Positions 1 to 9,806 of a stretch of DNA of 64,000 nt are shown piece by piece. The position numbers were made by a program, and so were the translations under genes. Every line of letters starts with the position of its first letter. Within the stretch, counting starts at the first letter, position 1. The notes beneath the pieces were generated by a model. The model did no database searches. It was given only the letters and a program-made list of their open reading frames with translations, and had not been told where the DNA came from. The DNA is taken from IMG/VR virus record IMGVR_UViG_3300032236_002285, positions 372,001 through 436,000 of that record; one strand, 5' to 3'.

Positions 1-107
1 GATCAAGTGGCTCATCAGGCTCTTCTGGATTAAATGGCACTTCAGGTTCAAGTGGCACTTCAGGTTCAAGCGGAACATCTGGATCAAGTGGTTCATCCGG
101 AACAAGC
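1..107 (+). repeat. 9-nt period coding repeat (GSS/GTS triplets)
   Basis: Repeating ggN-tcN/acN-agt/tcN units, e.g. ggcacttcaggttcaag twice in tandem. Confidence 0.85.
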
Positions 108-1286
108 TACAATGGAACATCAAACTATTTATATGCTACAAGAACTGTAACACAAACAATCGCTTCAGGTACTTGGTCTAATAGAGATATTATATTTAAT
201 ACTAAAAATACTGGTAGTGGTATAACTTATGCGACTGCTAGTGGTATTGCTTCTTTAACAGGTGGTAGAGTTTATAAAATAAATGCTGGTGTTTCTTGGA
301 ATATATTTGCTAGTAATTATGTATTACAAATTGGATTATATGATAGTTCTAATAACTTATTAAGTCCGGTATTTGAAAGTTTACCACCAACATCAACCAG
401 TAACAATGTATCTGAACAGATGCTTGATTTTATATATGCTCCTGTAAGTAATACTGATGTTAAAATTAGAACAACTGGTAATACTACAGCTTTGAGTGGT
501 GAAAATGTTAGAGGTGATGTTGCTACTTTCTTCTCTATTGTTGAAGTTGGTAATAACTCAGGTACAAGTGGTTTACTTTCATTAACTGGTGCGACAAATA
601 ATGGTTTAATTACATTAAATGGTTCAGCTCCTAATGGTACAGTTGAATCTAATCTAACATTTGATGGTACAACTTTAACAGTTACAGGTACGGTGAGTAC
701 TACAAATAACGCTACTTTTGGTGGTCAAATAACAATTGGTAAAACAACTGCTGCACTTAATGAAGGAGGTCAGATTGATTTAGCAACTGCACCAAGTGGT
801 GGTTTAACTGGTAGTACTGTTACTTTAGATATTTATGCTGATAAATTTAGAATATTTGAAGCTGGTGGTAATAATAGAGGTGTTAGTATTGACCTTAGTA
901 AGGCTCCTAATACTGTTGGTGGTGAATTGATGTGGAAAACTGGTGGTTATGTGAATGCGGGTTCGTATGTAACTTTAGATAACTTAAAAGCAACAGTAAC
1001 AACATCGGGTAATCGTGGGTTAAGTTTGGCTACTGTAGCAGGAACAGTTAGTAGTACAATAAGTGGTTCATATGCACTCTATGCTGGTGGTATCAGTGGT
1101 ACATCTAATGCTTTAACAATAACAACAACAGCAAGTAGTTCATTATTTAGTTGGAACTTTACTGGTCAAGGTGACACAGCAACATATATTATTAATGATA
1201 CGACAAATAGTAGAGTATATCGTATAATATTAATGATAGGTGGTAGTTATAATAATAACTTGATTACAATTGAAAGATTAGTTTAA
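3..1286 (+). CDS. Tail fibre/adhesin-like structural protein, 5'-truncated by the window, with Gly-X-X (GSS/GTS) repeats followed by G/T/S/N-rich beta domains
   Basis: The frame of ORF 420..1286 has no stop back to position 3 and reads SSGSSGSSGLNGTSGSSGTSGSSGTSGSSGSSGTS, so the real start lies upstream of the window. Confidence 0.7.
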   Translation, partial: SSGSSGSSGLNGTSGSSGTSGSSGTSGSSGSSGTSYNGTSNYLYATRTVTQTIASGTWSNRDIIFNTKNTGSGITYATASGIASLTGGRVYKINAGVSWNIFASNYVLQIGLYDSSNNLLSPVFESLPPTSTSNNVSEQMLDFIYAPVSNTDVKIRTTGNTTALSGENVRGDVATFFSIVEVGNNSGTSGLLSLTGATNNGLITLNGSAPNGTVESNLTFDGTTLTVTGTVSTTNNATFGGQITIGKTTAALNEGGQIDLATAPSGGLTGSTVTLDIYADKFRIFEAGGNNRGVSIDLSKAPNTVGGELMWKTGGYVNAGSYVTLDNLKATVTTSGNRGLSLATVAGTVSSTISGSYALYAGGISGTSNALTITTTASSSLFSWNFTGQGDTATYIINDTTNSRVYRIILMIGGSYNNNLITIERLV

Positions 1287-1292
1287 CATTTT

Positions 1293-1301
1293 TAATATAT
1301 A
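1293..1301 (+). promoter_or_regulatory. TAATATATA box, putative phage late promoter heading the tagged-protein array
   Basis: The same 9-mer recurs upstream of more than 10 genes in the window. Confidence 0.7.
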
Positions 1302-1323
1302 AGAAAGAAATAATATTTACAAT

Positions 1324-2088
1324 ATGAAATACTTAAAAAGATTTAACGAAGAACTTAAACCAAGTACATATATGTCTGCTGCTAAAAAGCTAACAGCAAT
1401 TGGTCATACAGGTAGAGCCAATGCTCTAAAAGATTGGGCGAATGAAACTGAAAAAAGAGAAGAGATGTCTAAGTGGAAGGATCGTTTACAAGACTATGGT
1501 CTTTTTGGTTCTTATAAGATGAATATTGTTAATCCAGAAACTGAAGAAAAATTTACAGGTGATTTTTACTTAGATATTAATTTTGATGAAATGGCATTTG
1601 AGGATAGCTTTGAATATGAGAAAGAAAATAATCCAGATAATATTAAAGGTGTTTCTATTTTATTTTTTATTGGTTTAATTCCAACATCTGAAGAAACACT
1701 TAGAAAATGTATGGAGATTATGCCTTGTGCAGAGTTTGGTAATGGTATGTTCTGGGGTATGAGTTGTGGTTTAGACTTACAAATTCTAAACGATAGATTA
1801 ACATTTACTAAATTCAGTTTAGATGATTATGATGATAACCTATCAGGTAATGTTTCTTTTGCTGATAGAGCTTCTGCTGGTAAATTCAAAACTTTATTAA
1901 AGAATATATTTAGTAATCCAGAATTAAACTATCCAAGTGGATATACAGATGTTGAATATATGTACCAAAAATTAGAACAAGTAGTTTGTATTAGACAATC
2001 ATTCTCATCTGATTATGGATTTGAATTAAAACAAGTGGCTGATTTTATTAATGCTCAGTCACCAAATACAATGTATAAAACTATTTAA
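1324..2088 (+). CDS. N-tagged hypothetical protein, paralog family A
   Basis: Starts MKYLKRFNEE. Shares SAAxKLxxxGH, G-x-FY, FxG, RxxAxxFK and a terminal YK with 2440 and 4675. Confidence 0.8.
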   Translation: MKYLKRFNEELKPSTYMSAAKKLTAIGHTGRANALKDWANETEKREEMSKWKDRLQDYGLFGSYKMNIVNPETEEKFTGDFYLDINFDEMAFEDSFEYEKENNPDNIKGVSILFFIGLIPTSEETLRKCMEIMPCAEFGNGMFWGMSCGLDLQILNDRLTFTKFSLDDYDDNLSGNVSFADRASAGKFKTLLKNIFSNPELNYPSGYTDVEYMYQKLEQVVCIRQSFSSDYGFELKQVADFINAQSPNTMYKTI

Positions 2089-2089
2089 T

Positions 2090-2440
2090 ATGAAACACTT
2101 AAAGAAATATGAAACCTTTAGTCCATATGATGATGAGCCACTAACAAGAGCGGAAGAAATCTTTGGAAAACAAACAAGATTAGAAAAACAATTTTCTGAA
2201 ATTATGATAGATGGTTTATCTAGCGACGATGTTGATGTTGCTCACTATTGGTCTACAATTAATGCTATTGTGGTAAATATAAAAGAAGATAAACTTCTTG
2301 ATGAAACATCAATTAAAGAATTACAACACAGAGTAGTAGAAGGTGAAAACCCAACAGAAGTTATAAATGATATTTGTTCAAGAATAAAAAAGCCTACTAG
2401 TGAAGTACAAAGACTATTAAAAAAACTAAATTCATTTTAA
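2090..2440 (+). CDS. N-tagged hypothetical protein
   Basis: Start moved to the internal Met (MKHLKKYETF) just after the upstream stop codon. Confidence 0.75.
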   Translation: MKHLKKYETFSPYDDEPLTRAEEIFGKQTRLEKQFSEIMIDGLSSDDVDVAHYWSTINAIVVNIKEDKLLDETSIKELQHRVVEGENPTEVINDICSRIKKPTSEVQRLLKKLNSF

Positions 2441-3261
2441 TGAAACATCTTAAAAGTATTAATGAATTAAAATCAAGCACTTTTAGAAATGCTGCTACTA
2501 AATTGAAGCAGTTAGGTCATATTAGAAGAAGTCAAGAAATTGAATCTCATGCTATTGATGTTGAGGAGAGAGAAGAAAAAGCAAGAATTGAACAAAGAAC
2601 TAAATGGTTAAAAGAACAAGCACCATTTAGATTACAATATTATAAAACAAAATATAACTCAGCCACTAAATCACATGAAAAGGATTTATTATGTGAAGGT
2701 AACTTTTATATAGAACCTTCTTTTGATGATGGTTGGTTCTCAGATTCAGGATATGATTATAGAGGTGAAGGTGGTAGATATAGTTTATTTATGTACTTTG
2801 AATTTGGTACTACTCCAGCTGATGTGGAAACTGCAAATACTTGGAAATCAATTGAATCTAAGTTATCAGAAGAAGCATATGATGGAATTTATTATGGTAC
2901 AAGATTAGGTATTGAAATTATACCAGAAGGTAATGCTTCAGTTGTTTCTAATGGTAAATGTTACTGGGAGTCAAGAGATAATGATATTTTTATCTTTGCT
3001 AATAGATCAGAAGCTATGAGATTTAAGAAACTTTTAATAGAAGCTCTTGAAGGTAAAATTGAATGGGGTAAAAACAAATGGAATGTGAAAGGTATTATAT
3101 CTTGTTTTGATAGATACTTTTTAAACGATGCTAATTATATACAAAGAAAAATAGATAAAGGTGAAACTCCTGAAGAACCTCTTTTTACAAAAGAAGATAT
3201 GCCTAAATTAATTAACACTCTTAAAACAGGGTTAAGTGTAAATCAATTATATAAAAACTAA
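2440..3261 (+). CDS. N-tagged hypothetical protein, paralog family A
   Basis: MKHLKSINELKSSTFRNAATKLKQLGH; TAATG start/stop coupling. Confidence 0.8.
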   Translation: MKHLKSINELKSSTFRNAATKLKQLGHIRRSQEIESHAIDVEEREEKARIEQRTKWLKEQAPFRLQYYKTKYNSATKSHEKDLLCEGNFYIEPSFDDGWFSDSGYDYRGEGGRYSLFMYFEFGTTPADVETANTWKSIESKLSEEAYDGIYYGTRLGIEIIPEGNASVVSNGKCYWESRDNDIFIFANRSEAMRFKKLLIEALEGKIEWGKNKWNVKGIISCFDRYFLNDANYIQRKIDKGETPEEPLFTKEDMPKLINTLKTGLSVNQLYKN

Positions 3262-4190
3262 TGAGATATTTAAAAACATATGAACTATTTGGATTTGGTT
3301 CTAAGAAATCAAAAACTTGGCAAGAAAAGTTCCAAGACATATACAATTGGTATTTAAAGAATAAAGATAAAAAAGATATCCGATCTATTGATTTACCACA
3401 TGCTGATGTTAAAGATGACTCTTTATCAATATCACAAGGTTTAGATAATCATTTGGTTTTCTATGGTAAAATAAAAGGTGGTAACAGACATATGGAATTA
3501 GTTGATTTCTCTGAAGCTGATTATGCTGATCCAAAATCAACAAAAGGTGTTTATCCAATCACTCAAGAAGTTTATGATGAGTATGAGAAAAAGATTCAAG
3601 AGATATCAGATTGGTTAGATGCTAGAAGTGAAAAAGAGTTTGGTAAGTCAGATAGTATTATTTCAGATGATGGTGAATTAAACTTAGATTTTGATGAAGC
3701 GGATTTAGCTTTAGAAGAAATAAATGATAAGATAAAATCTGAATTAGATATCATTGGTAAAGAATATGAATTTGAAATGTCTTACCATCTTTGGACATCT
3801 AAATCAACAAATGAATTAATAGTTGAAAGAATACAATTAGCTATTGATGACTTAAAATTTGGTTTTGGTGGTAATAGATTTTATTGTCAATTATTCACAA
3901 AAGATCCATTCGGTGAAAGAGCTGATATCTGGTTAGAGTCATATTCCTCTTCAGAGTATTATGACTTTGATGAACACAAGTGGCCTTATAGTGATGATAA
4001 AGATAAGATTATTAGAATGTCAACTATTAAAAAAGAGATGACTAGAAAAGAAGAAAGAGATTTTGAAAAGAATAGAAAATATCCTTATGCTTTTGCTTAT
4101 GATATTACACCTTGTAAATGGGAATCTATGGAGCTAGTAAAAGAGATTACTTCTCTATTACAACAAATGAATGATAGTATAAAGAAATGA
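3261..4190 (+). CDS. N-tagged hypothetical protein
   Basis: MRYLKTYELFGF; translationally coupled to neighbours. Confidence 0.8.
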   Translation: MRYLKTYELFGFGSKKSKTWQEKFQDIYNWYLKNKDKKDIRSIDLPHADVKDDSLSISQGLDNHLVFYGKIKGGNRHMELVDFSEADYADPKSTKGVYPITQEVYDEYEKKIQEISDWLDARSEKEFGKSDSIISDDGELNLDFDEADLALEEINDKIKSELDIIGKEYEFEMSYHLWTSKSTNELIVERIQLAIDDLKFGFGGNRFYCQLFTKDPFGERADIWLESYSSSEYYDFDEHKWPYSDDKDKIIRMSTIKKEMTRKEERDFEKNRKYPYAFAYDITPCKWESMELVKEITSLLQQMNDSIKK

Positions 4191-4678
4191 GATACTTAGA
4201 AAAATTCAAATCATTTGAAAATGTTTCTGTTATAAATTCATATATTCAAGATATAAATGATATTTTACTAGAATTAAGTGATTATAACTGGGTTATTCTA
4301 GTTGACTATGTTCCAAAAAGATGGGAAAATCCAAGTGCAAACTATACAATAAAATCCGACTACATCGGTGTAGTTATCAAAAAGAAGCAAAATAAATCAC
4401 AATCAAGATATCCAGAAGGATCTGAGTTCAAATTCTCTGATGTTTCTGATTATATACATAGAATAGTAGATTATTTTATGACAAATGACTATAGAATTAG
4501 GATTTGTGAATTAAATAATGCTTGGTACAATGGTATGCCAGGTCACTCAGAGAAAGGTATATGGTCTGATTGGACCGATTCAGAGATGCCTGAATTAGAT
4601 AAAAACATTTTGGGCATAGAAATTAATATATACTTACAAGGTGCTAACCTTGACGATTTTAAATATAAATTTAGATGA
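4187..4678 (+). CDS. N-tagged hypothetical protein, paralog family B
   Basis: MRYLEKFKSFE; DINDILLELSD helix resembles segments in 5454, 5864 and 6309. Confidence 0.75.
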   Translation: MRYLEKFKSFENVSVINSYIQDINDILLELSDYNWVILVDYVPKRWENPSANYTIKSDYIGVVIKKKQNKSQSRYPEGSEFKFSDVSDYIHRIVDYFMTNDYRIRICELNNAWYNGMPGHSEKGIWSDWTDSEMPELDKNILGIEINIYLQGANLDDFKYKFR

Positions 4679-5454
4679 GATACTTAAACAAATATAATGA
4701 AGAGTTGAAGTCAGATGTTTATAAATCTGCTGCTGATAAATTAACAAAATTAGGTCATATTAAAAGACCTGAAGAGTTAATGAAGTGGCATGAAATCACT
4801 AAGCAAAAAGAAATTGATGCTTCTAAATTAGCAACTCTTAAAGATTGTGAACAAATGGGTGTTTATCAACTTTCTCTTTCATATAGAAAAGGTGGTCAAG
4901 ATTTTAAGTATAAAGGTGATTTCTATATCAATCTTTCTTTTGACGGCTATAATTTAGATGAACAATACCCAGAGTGGAAAGAAGGTCAAGGTAATCTTTG
5001 GATTAGCTTTAGTTTTGGTGTTATACCTGTAGATGATGAAGGTAAAGAGTTTTGTAAGAATGTAGTAGAATCAATAATCGGATTGGGTGGTGATAAAATA
5101 ACTTATTGGTTAGGTGCTTTTTGGTTAAATATAAGTAAATCAATAGAAATAAATCCTTCTACAGGATTACCAGCAGAAGAATTGAAATTCGTACCAGAAA
5201 ATAAAAGTTACTTTGAAGAGTATGAAGGTAGTTGGCACTTAGATAATAGAGCATCTGCTATAAAATTCAAAAATACTTTATATCAAATATTTAGTGGTGA
5301 TATTATTATAAGAGAAACACCGAGTGTTCCAGGTGGAATGAAAGAGCAAATAATAGATGAACTTTGTAATAATAGAGGTCACGATATTGATGAGTTTGAA
5401 GCTATTATGAACTCTATTAAAGTTCTGAATATAAATAAATTGTATAAAGATTAA
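4675..5454 (+). CDS. N-tagged hypothetical protein, paralog family A
   Basis: MRYLNKYNEELKSDVYKSAADKLTKLGH. Confidence 0.8.
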   Translation: MRYLNKYNEELKSDVYKSAADKLTKLGHIKRPEELMKWHEITKQKEIDASKLATLKDCEQMGVYQLSLSYRKGGQDFKYKGDFYINLSFDGYNLDEQYPEWKEGQGNLWISFSFGVIPVDDEGKEFCKNVVESIIGLGGDKITYWLGAFWLNISKSIEINPSTGLPAEELKFVPENKSYFEEYEGSWHLDNRASAIKFKNTLYQIFSGDIIIRETPSVPGGMKEQIIDELCNNRGHDIDEFEAIMNSIKVLNINKLYKD

Positions 5455-5867
5455 TGAAACACTTAAAAACATTTGAATCACTATATGAACTACCGGTTAT
5501 TTTAGAGTTAAAAGATATGGCTCTTGAACTAACTGATATGTTTTTTAATGTTCAAATATTCAAGGATAATCCAAAACAAAAGAACTATAACGGCATCATA
5601 GATGTTGAATATGATGTTAGTGTTATAATTACATATGATAAAGGTTTGGGAATTTTTGGATATGGTAACTTTACAATGATAGATGACTTAAAAAGTTTCT
5701 TATTCAGAGCTATCGGTTATATGAAAGATAATGGCTATCAATTTGAAACTCATTCAAATATGGGTAGCTTACATTTTACTGATGATGGTAGAGTAATCAT
5801 TTCCAGCGGTGAAGCAAGAGCAAACTACCCATCATTCACAATGATAAATATATTATTTAAAAAATGA
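5454..5867 (+). CDS. N-tagged hypothetical protein, paralog family B
   Basis: MKHLKTFE; ELKDMALELTD. Confidence 0.75.
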   Translation: MKHLKTFESLYELPVILELKDMALELTDMFFNVQIFKDNPKQKNYNGIIDVEYDVSVIITYDKGLGIFGYGNFTMIDDLKSFLFRAIGYMKDNGYQFETHSNMGSLHFTDDGRVIISSGEARANYPSFTMINILFKK

Positions 5868-6331
5868 GATACTTAAAAACATATGAAGGTTTGTTTGATT
5901 TCTTTAAGAAAAAGAAATCTAATAATGAATATAATGACATGATGGATAAGCAATCATATCTTAAAATTCATTTAGAAGATGTAAAAGATTGTTTTATTGA
6001 TTTATGCTCTTATAATTCTTATGATCTAAAAGCATTTATTAGTGGTGGTGAAATACAAGTTAATATTTATCCACTTAAAGATAAATTTATGAAACTTGAA
6101 GATTTGATGGAAACTTTTAGATTTACTGACTCATATATAACCGACTTAGGATTGAAAATTATTAGATACGAATTGTATATTAGTGGTAAATATGATGGTA
6201 TCAATTATATGGGAGATATCTATTATGATAAAATTTGGGAATTGGAACAAGCCCTGGATGAAGAAGGAACTAAACACATAGAAAGTTTATTAATAAGAAT
6301 TAAAAAATATGAAATACTTAAAACGATTTAA
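5864..6331 (+). CDS. N-tagged hypothetical protein, paralog family B
   Basis: MRYLKTYEGLF; EDVKDCFIDL. Confidence 0.75.
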   Translation: MRYLKTYEGLFDFFKKKKSNNEYNDMMDKQSYLKIHLEDVKDCFIDLCSYNSYDLKAFISGGEIQVNIYPLKDKFMKLEDLMETFRFTDSYITDLGLKIIRYELYISGKYDGINYMGDIYYDKIWELEQALDEEGTKHIESLLIRIKKYEILKTI

Positions 6332-6677
6332 TGAATCATCCGACTTTAATCCTGAAGAAATAATGAAAGAATTAACTCTTGAATTATTAGATGCTGGTTT
6401 ACAAGTTAATATTTATTCTGGTCAGTATAAATATTCTAATCATCCAAAATTTGAAGGTGAGTTACATGTTGAGATAACAGATAATGATAAAGTGTTTTGT
6501 AAAAACTATCCTGAAGATGATATGGATTGGTTATATGGTAAACCTATTATTATGAATTTCTTTGATGAACTAACCGATTTTGGTTTAATAAGAGACAAAG
6601 ATTATAAAGTATATGGTGGTGGACTAGGAGTTAATTTAGTCTTCCAGAAAGGTGGACTTAAAAAAGTTAAACTATAA
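6309..6677 (+). CDS. N-tagged hypothetical protein, paralog family B
   Basis: MKYLKRFNE; EIMKELTLELLD. Confidence 0.75.
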   Translation: MKYLKRFNESSDFNPEEIMKELTLELLDAGLQVNIYSGQYKYSNHPKFEGELHVEITDNDKVFCKNYPEDDMDWLYGKPIIMNFFDELTDFGLIRDKDYKVYGGGLGVNLVFQKGGLKKVKL

Positions 6678-6701
6678 CCTGAAAATCTTTCAGGTTTTTT
6701 T
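6676..6701 (+). terminator. Rho-independent terminator
   Basis: Hairpin aacctgaaa-atc-tttcaggtt followed by a T-run. Confidence 0.75.
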
Positions 6702-6727
6702 ATTATCTTTGCTGAATATATAGGTAT

Positions 6728-7897
6728 ATGAAATTAAAAAGATATAATCAATTTTTAGAATCTAAATCTGATATGTGGGACATTATTCCACAATCAGTTA
6801 AAGAGTTACATGAATTATTTCAATCAGCTGGTAAGAAACTTTACTTAGTTGGTGGTTCAGTGCGTGACTTCTTAACTGGTGATAAGCCAAAAGATTTTGA
6901 CCTAGCAACTGACGCACTTCCGGATGAAGTATTAGAAATCGTTGGTGATCAATTTAGAACTAACCTTCAAGGTAAGGCATTTGGTGTAGTTGTTGTTTAC
7001 ACTAAAGAAGTTCCAGAAGGAATGGAGATTGCTACATTCAGACAAGATGTTAGTAAAGGTCGTAACCCAGAAGTTAAACTAGGTGTTACTATTGAAGATG
7101 ATGTTAAACGTAGAGATCTAACATACAACTCTCTTTTTTATGATTTAGATACAAGACAAATCGTTGACTTAGTTGGTGGTAAAGAAGATTTACAATCTGG
7201 TGTTACTAGAATGGTTGGTGATCCAATTGAAAGATTTGATGAAGATTCATTAAGAATTTTAAGAGCATTTAGATTTGCTTCAAGATACGAACATCCTTTA
7301 CATAAAGATACTGAGAAGGCAATTGAGAAAAGAAAACAACTTCAAAACATTGACCCAGAAACTGGTGAAATGAAAAGAATTTCTCAAGAAAGAGTTTGGG
7401 AAGAAATGAAGAAAGCTTGGAAACAAGCCAAAGATTATAGATACTATTTATCATTCTTTACTAAGTTTGATATGTGGGAAGAAGTATTTCCAGGTGCTAA
7501 CATCAATACTAACTTAGTTGATAGTAAAGATTTTGTAGTTGTTATTGCTAACTTATTTAAGAACGAAAGTCCTATTGGATTGGCTGACAAGTTGGCTCAA
7601 GAATATAAGATTGAATTAGAGTTGGCGACTAAAGTAGCTTTCTTAATTTCTTTATTAAATTTCAAAGTAGAAGATGTATTTGACATCTACAAGAAAAGAC
7701 AACAATGTGCTATCACTGATGCTACTATTTTAGAGTGGTTGAAAGTGGAAGGTATTGATACTAATGAACTAATTAAGTTTGTTGAATACAGACCAAGTGT
7801 ATCGGCTCAAGAACTAATGTCTCAAGGATTCAAGGGTAAAGAACTTGGAATTGAAATCAAAAGATTAGAGGTAGAAAAATTTAAACAAATGTTATGA
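6728..7897 (+). CDS. cca: CCA-adding tRNA nucleotidyltransferase (class II, PolyA_pol family) with N-terminal tag
   Basis: Motifs LYLVGGSVRD..KDFDLAT, EIATFR, RRDLTYNSL and EDSLRILRAFRF. N-terminus MKLKRYNQFLE. Confidence 0.9.
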   Translation: MKLKRYNQFLESKSDMWDIIPQSVKELHELFQSAGKKLYLVGGSVRDFLTGDKPKDFDLATDALPDEVLEIVGDQFRTNLQGKAFGVVVVYTKEVPEGMEIATFRQDVSKGRNPEVKLGVTIEDDVKRRDLTYNSLFYDLDTRQIVDLVGGKEDLQSGVTRMVGDPIERFDEDSLRILRAFRFASRYEHPLHKDTEKAIEKRKQLQNIDPETGEMKRISQERVWEEMKKAWKQAKDYRYYLSFFTKFDMWEEVFPGANINTNLVDSKDFVVVIANLFKNESPIGLADKLAQEYKIELELATKVAFLISLLNFKVEDVFDIYKKRQQCAITDATILEWLKVEGIDTNELIKFVEYRPSVSAQELMSQGFKGKELGIEIKRLEVEKFKQML

Positions 7898-8298
7898 AAA
7901 AATTCACAGAAAGTATTGAATCTATAAAAAAAGTACCATCAGAAACTTTAAAGTATTTTGACCTATTTCCTCTATTAAAAGGTTTAGAGTCAGAGAGACC
8001 TGGTATTAAAGAAAGAGTTTGGGAATGGATGTGTGATGAATGGGATGCTGCCTTTAAGCCATATAATGGTAGAATTTCAAGTATTAATTTATTTTTCTAT
8101 GGTATTGGTGATGAATATCCGAATGATTATTTGAATCAATATCCTGATGAACTTGAACATTGTAAAAAGATACACCCTGAAGCTTTTGTAGAAGGTTCAA
8201 AGGAAAAAGAACTAAGATTAGATTTGAATCTAATCTGGTCAGTATATGAAGAAGAGATTGAAGATCCAGAATCTTTTAGTGTAAAGGTTTTTTGGTAA
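7894..8298 (+). CDS. Hypothetical protein with a weak N-tag (MKKFTE)
   Basis: ATGA overlap with cca. Confidence 0.7.
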   Translation: MKKFTESIESIKKVPSETLKYFDLFPLLKGLESERPGIKERVWEWMCDEWDAAFKPYNGRISSINLFFYGIGDEYPNDYLNQYPDELEHCKKIHPEAFVEGSKEKELRLDLNLIWSVYEEEIEDPESFSVKVFW

Positions 8299-8315
8299 AA
8301 AAAAATTATAAATTA

Positions 8316-9289
8316 ATGAGACATTTAAAAACATTCAAACTATTTGAAGAAGCGGTTCCGAAACCGTTAAAAAAGTTTCCTACAGAACCGGCTGTTCATT
8401 GGAATTATCTAATGAAAGTTCTAGAAGATGCTGGTATTAACCCACATGATGGTTTAGTGAAAGGACAGAGAGATACTTATTTTCAGGACTTTTTGCTAAA
8501 TGTGCTAGTAGAGATAATGTTGTTTTCCCTAATATGTTAGACATTGAAGGTTGGTCTAAAGAAGGTCAAAGTGATGCTAGATATAAGAATTTTATCTTTG
8601 GTGAATCTGTGTTTCTTTTACCAATAAGCTACGATGGTTCTAATGATGCGGTAGAAGCAGTTCAAAAGAAAAAGAGCTTTCTTGATAATATGAGAGATTT
8701 CGCCAGACAAATGGGTAAATCTAAAGCAGAGGAAGATAAGTTTGTTCAAGATGCTGAGAAACATACACATTTTGGACCAAGTGGATACGACTGGGCTAAC
8801 CCAGCACTTAAAGTTATTCATGATAAATTAGGACAATATTACAGGAATGATAAATTAAGAGTTTGGTTCCCTAAAGATAGAGATTATGATCCTTGGGAAG
8901 GTATGGACTATCCACATAAATATAATGTAGTTGGTGATTTAGATAGACCAAATGGTGTTTATTTCCTTTCTGATATTGAGAAGTTTATTGATGATAAATA
9001 TGGTATTAAAGATGAACTATTCTATAAGTTTATTATTGATAATCAATATATTGAAGGTCGTTATTGGGAAAGAGTTTGGTCTCTTTCAACTGAAGATGAA
9101 AATGGGAAAGATACTGGAAATAAACTTCAGAAATCCAACTTTGGTCAATATGGAATGGAACCAACTGAAAACATTCTTGATATGTTGAATATCATAGAGC
9201 ATGAGTTTGGTGATGAAATTCAATCAACTGATTATGAAGGATTCCCAATCTATGTAGATTATTACAAAAAAGTAGAACCAAAATATTAA
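8316..9289 (+). pseudogene. N-tagged gene split by a 1-nt frameshift in the T5 run at 8490-8494 (assembly error, pseudogene or slippage)
   Basis: The MRHLKTFKLFEE frame stops at 8540, while the downstream frame is open from 8450. One extra T gives a continuous ...YFQDFFAKCASRDNVVFPNMLDIEG... Confidence 0.6.
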
Positions 9290-9290
9290 T

Positions 9291-9755
9291 ATGACTTATT
9301 ACTTAACATACTTAAAAGACACAATTGGCAACAATTATGTAGGAATTAATATTCCTGAAGCTATTGTTGAACCACATTTAGAAAAACTAAAAGAGATTTT
9401 AGGTGAAGAAGATTTTCAAATCTTTACACAAAATCAAAAGATGAGAGACCACGGTCACTATCATATCACCGTTATTAATGTAATGGATTGTAACCGCCTT
9501 TCAAAAGAAATGGGTATGGCTAACTTTGTTAAGTCAGTTGAACTTGCTTTTGAGTACCCAGTAGAAGATTTAGAAATGTTAGGTGTTGGTAAAGCTTCTA
9601 AGAACGATAATACGGCTTACTTTATAGTTTGTTCATCTGATAGTTTAGATGCTGTTAGAACTCGTTTTAACCTACCTAAACAAGACTTCCACGTTACTTT
9701 GGGATTCAATGCTAAGGATGTATTTGGTGTTCCAAAAAATGAGGTAATATTTTAA
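9291..9755 (+). CDS. 2H phosphoesterase family protein
   Basis: Two HxT motifs (YHITV, FHVTLG) about 75 aa apart. Confidence 0.8.
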   Translation: MTYYLTYLKDTIGNNYVGINIPEAIVEPHLEKLKEILGEEDFQIFTQNQKMRDHGHYHITVINVMDCNRLSKEMGMANFVKSVELAFEYPVEDLEMLGVGKASKNDNTAYFIVCSSDSLDAVRTRFNLPKQDFHVTLGFNAKDVFGVPKNEVIF

Positions 9756-9806
9756 AACTTTTCTTCTTTTAAAGAATAAGAAAAAATAAAAATAATAAAT
9801 TAAAAT

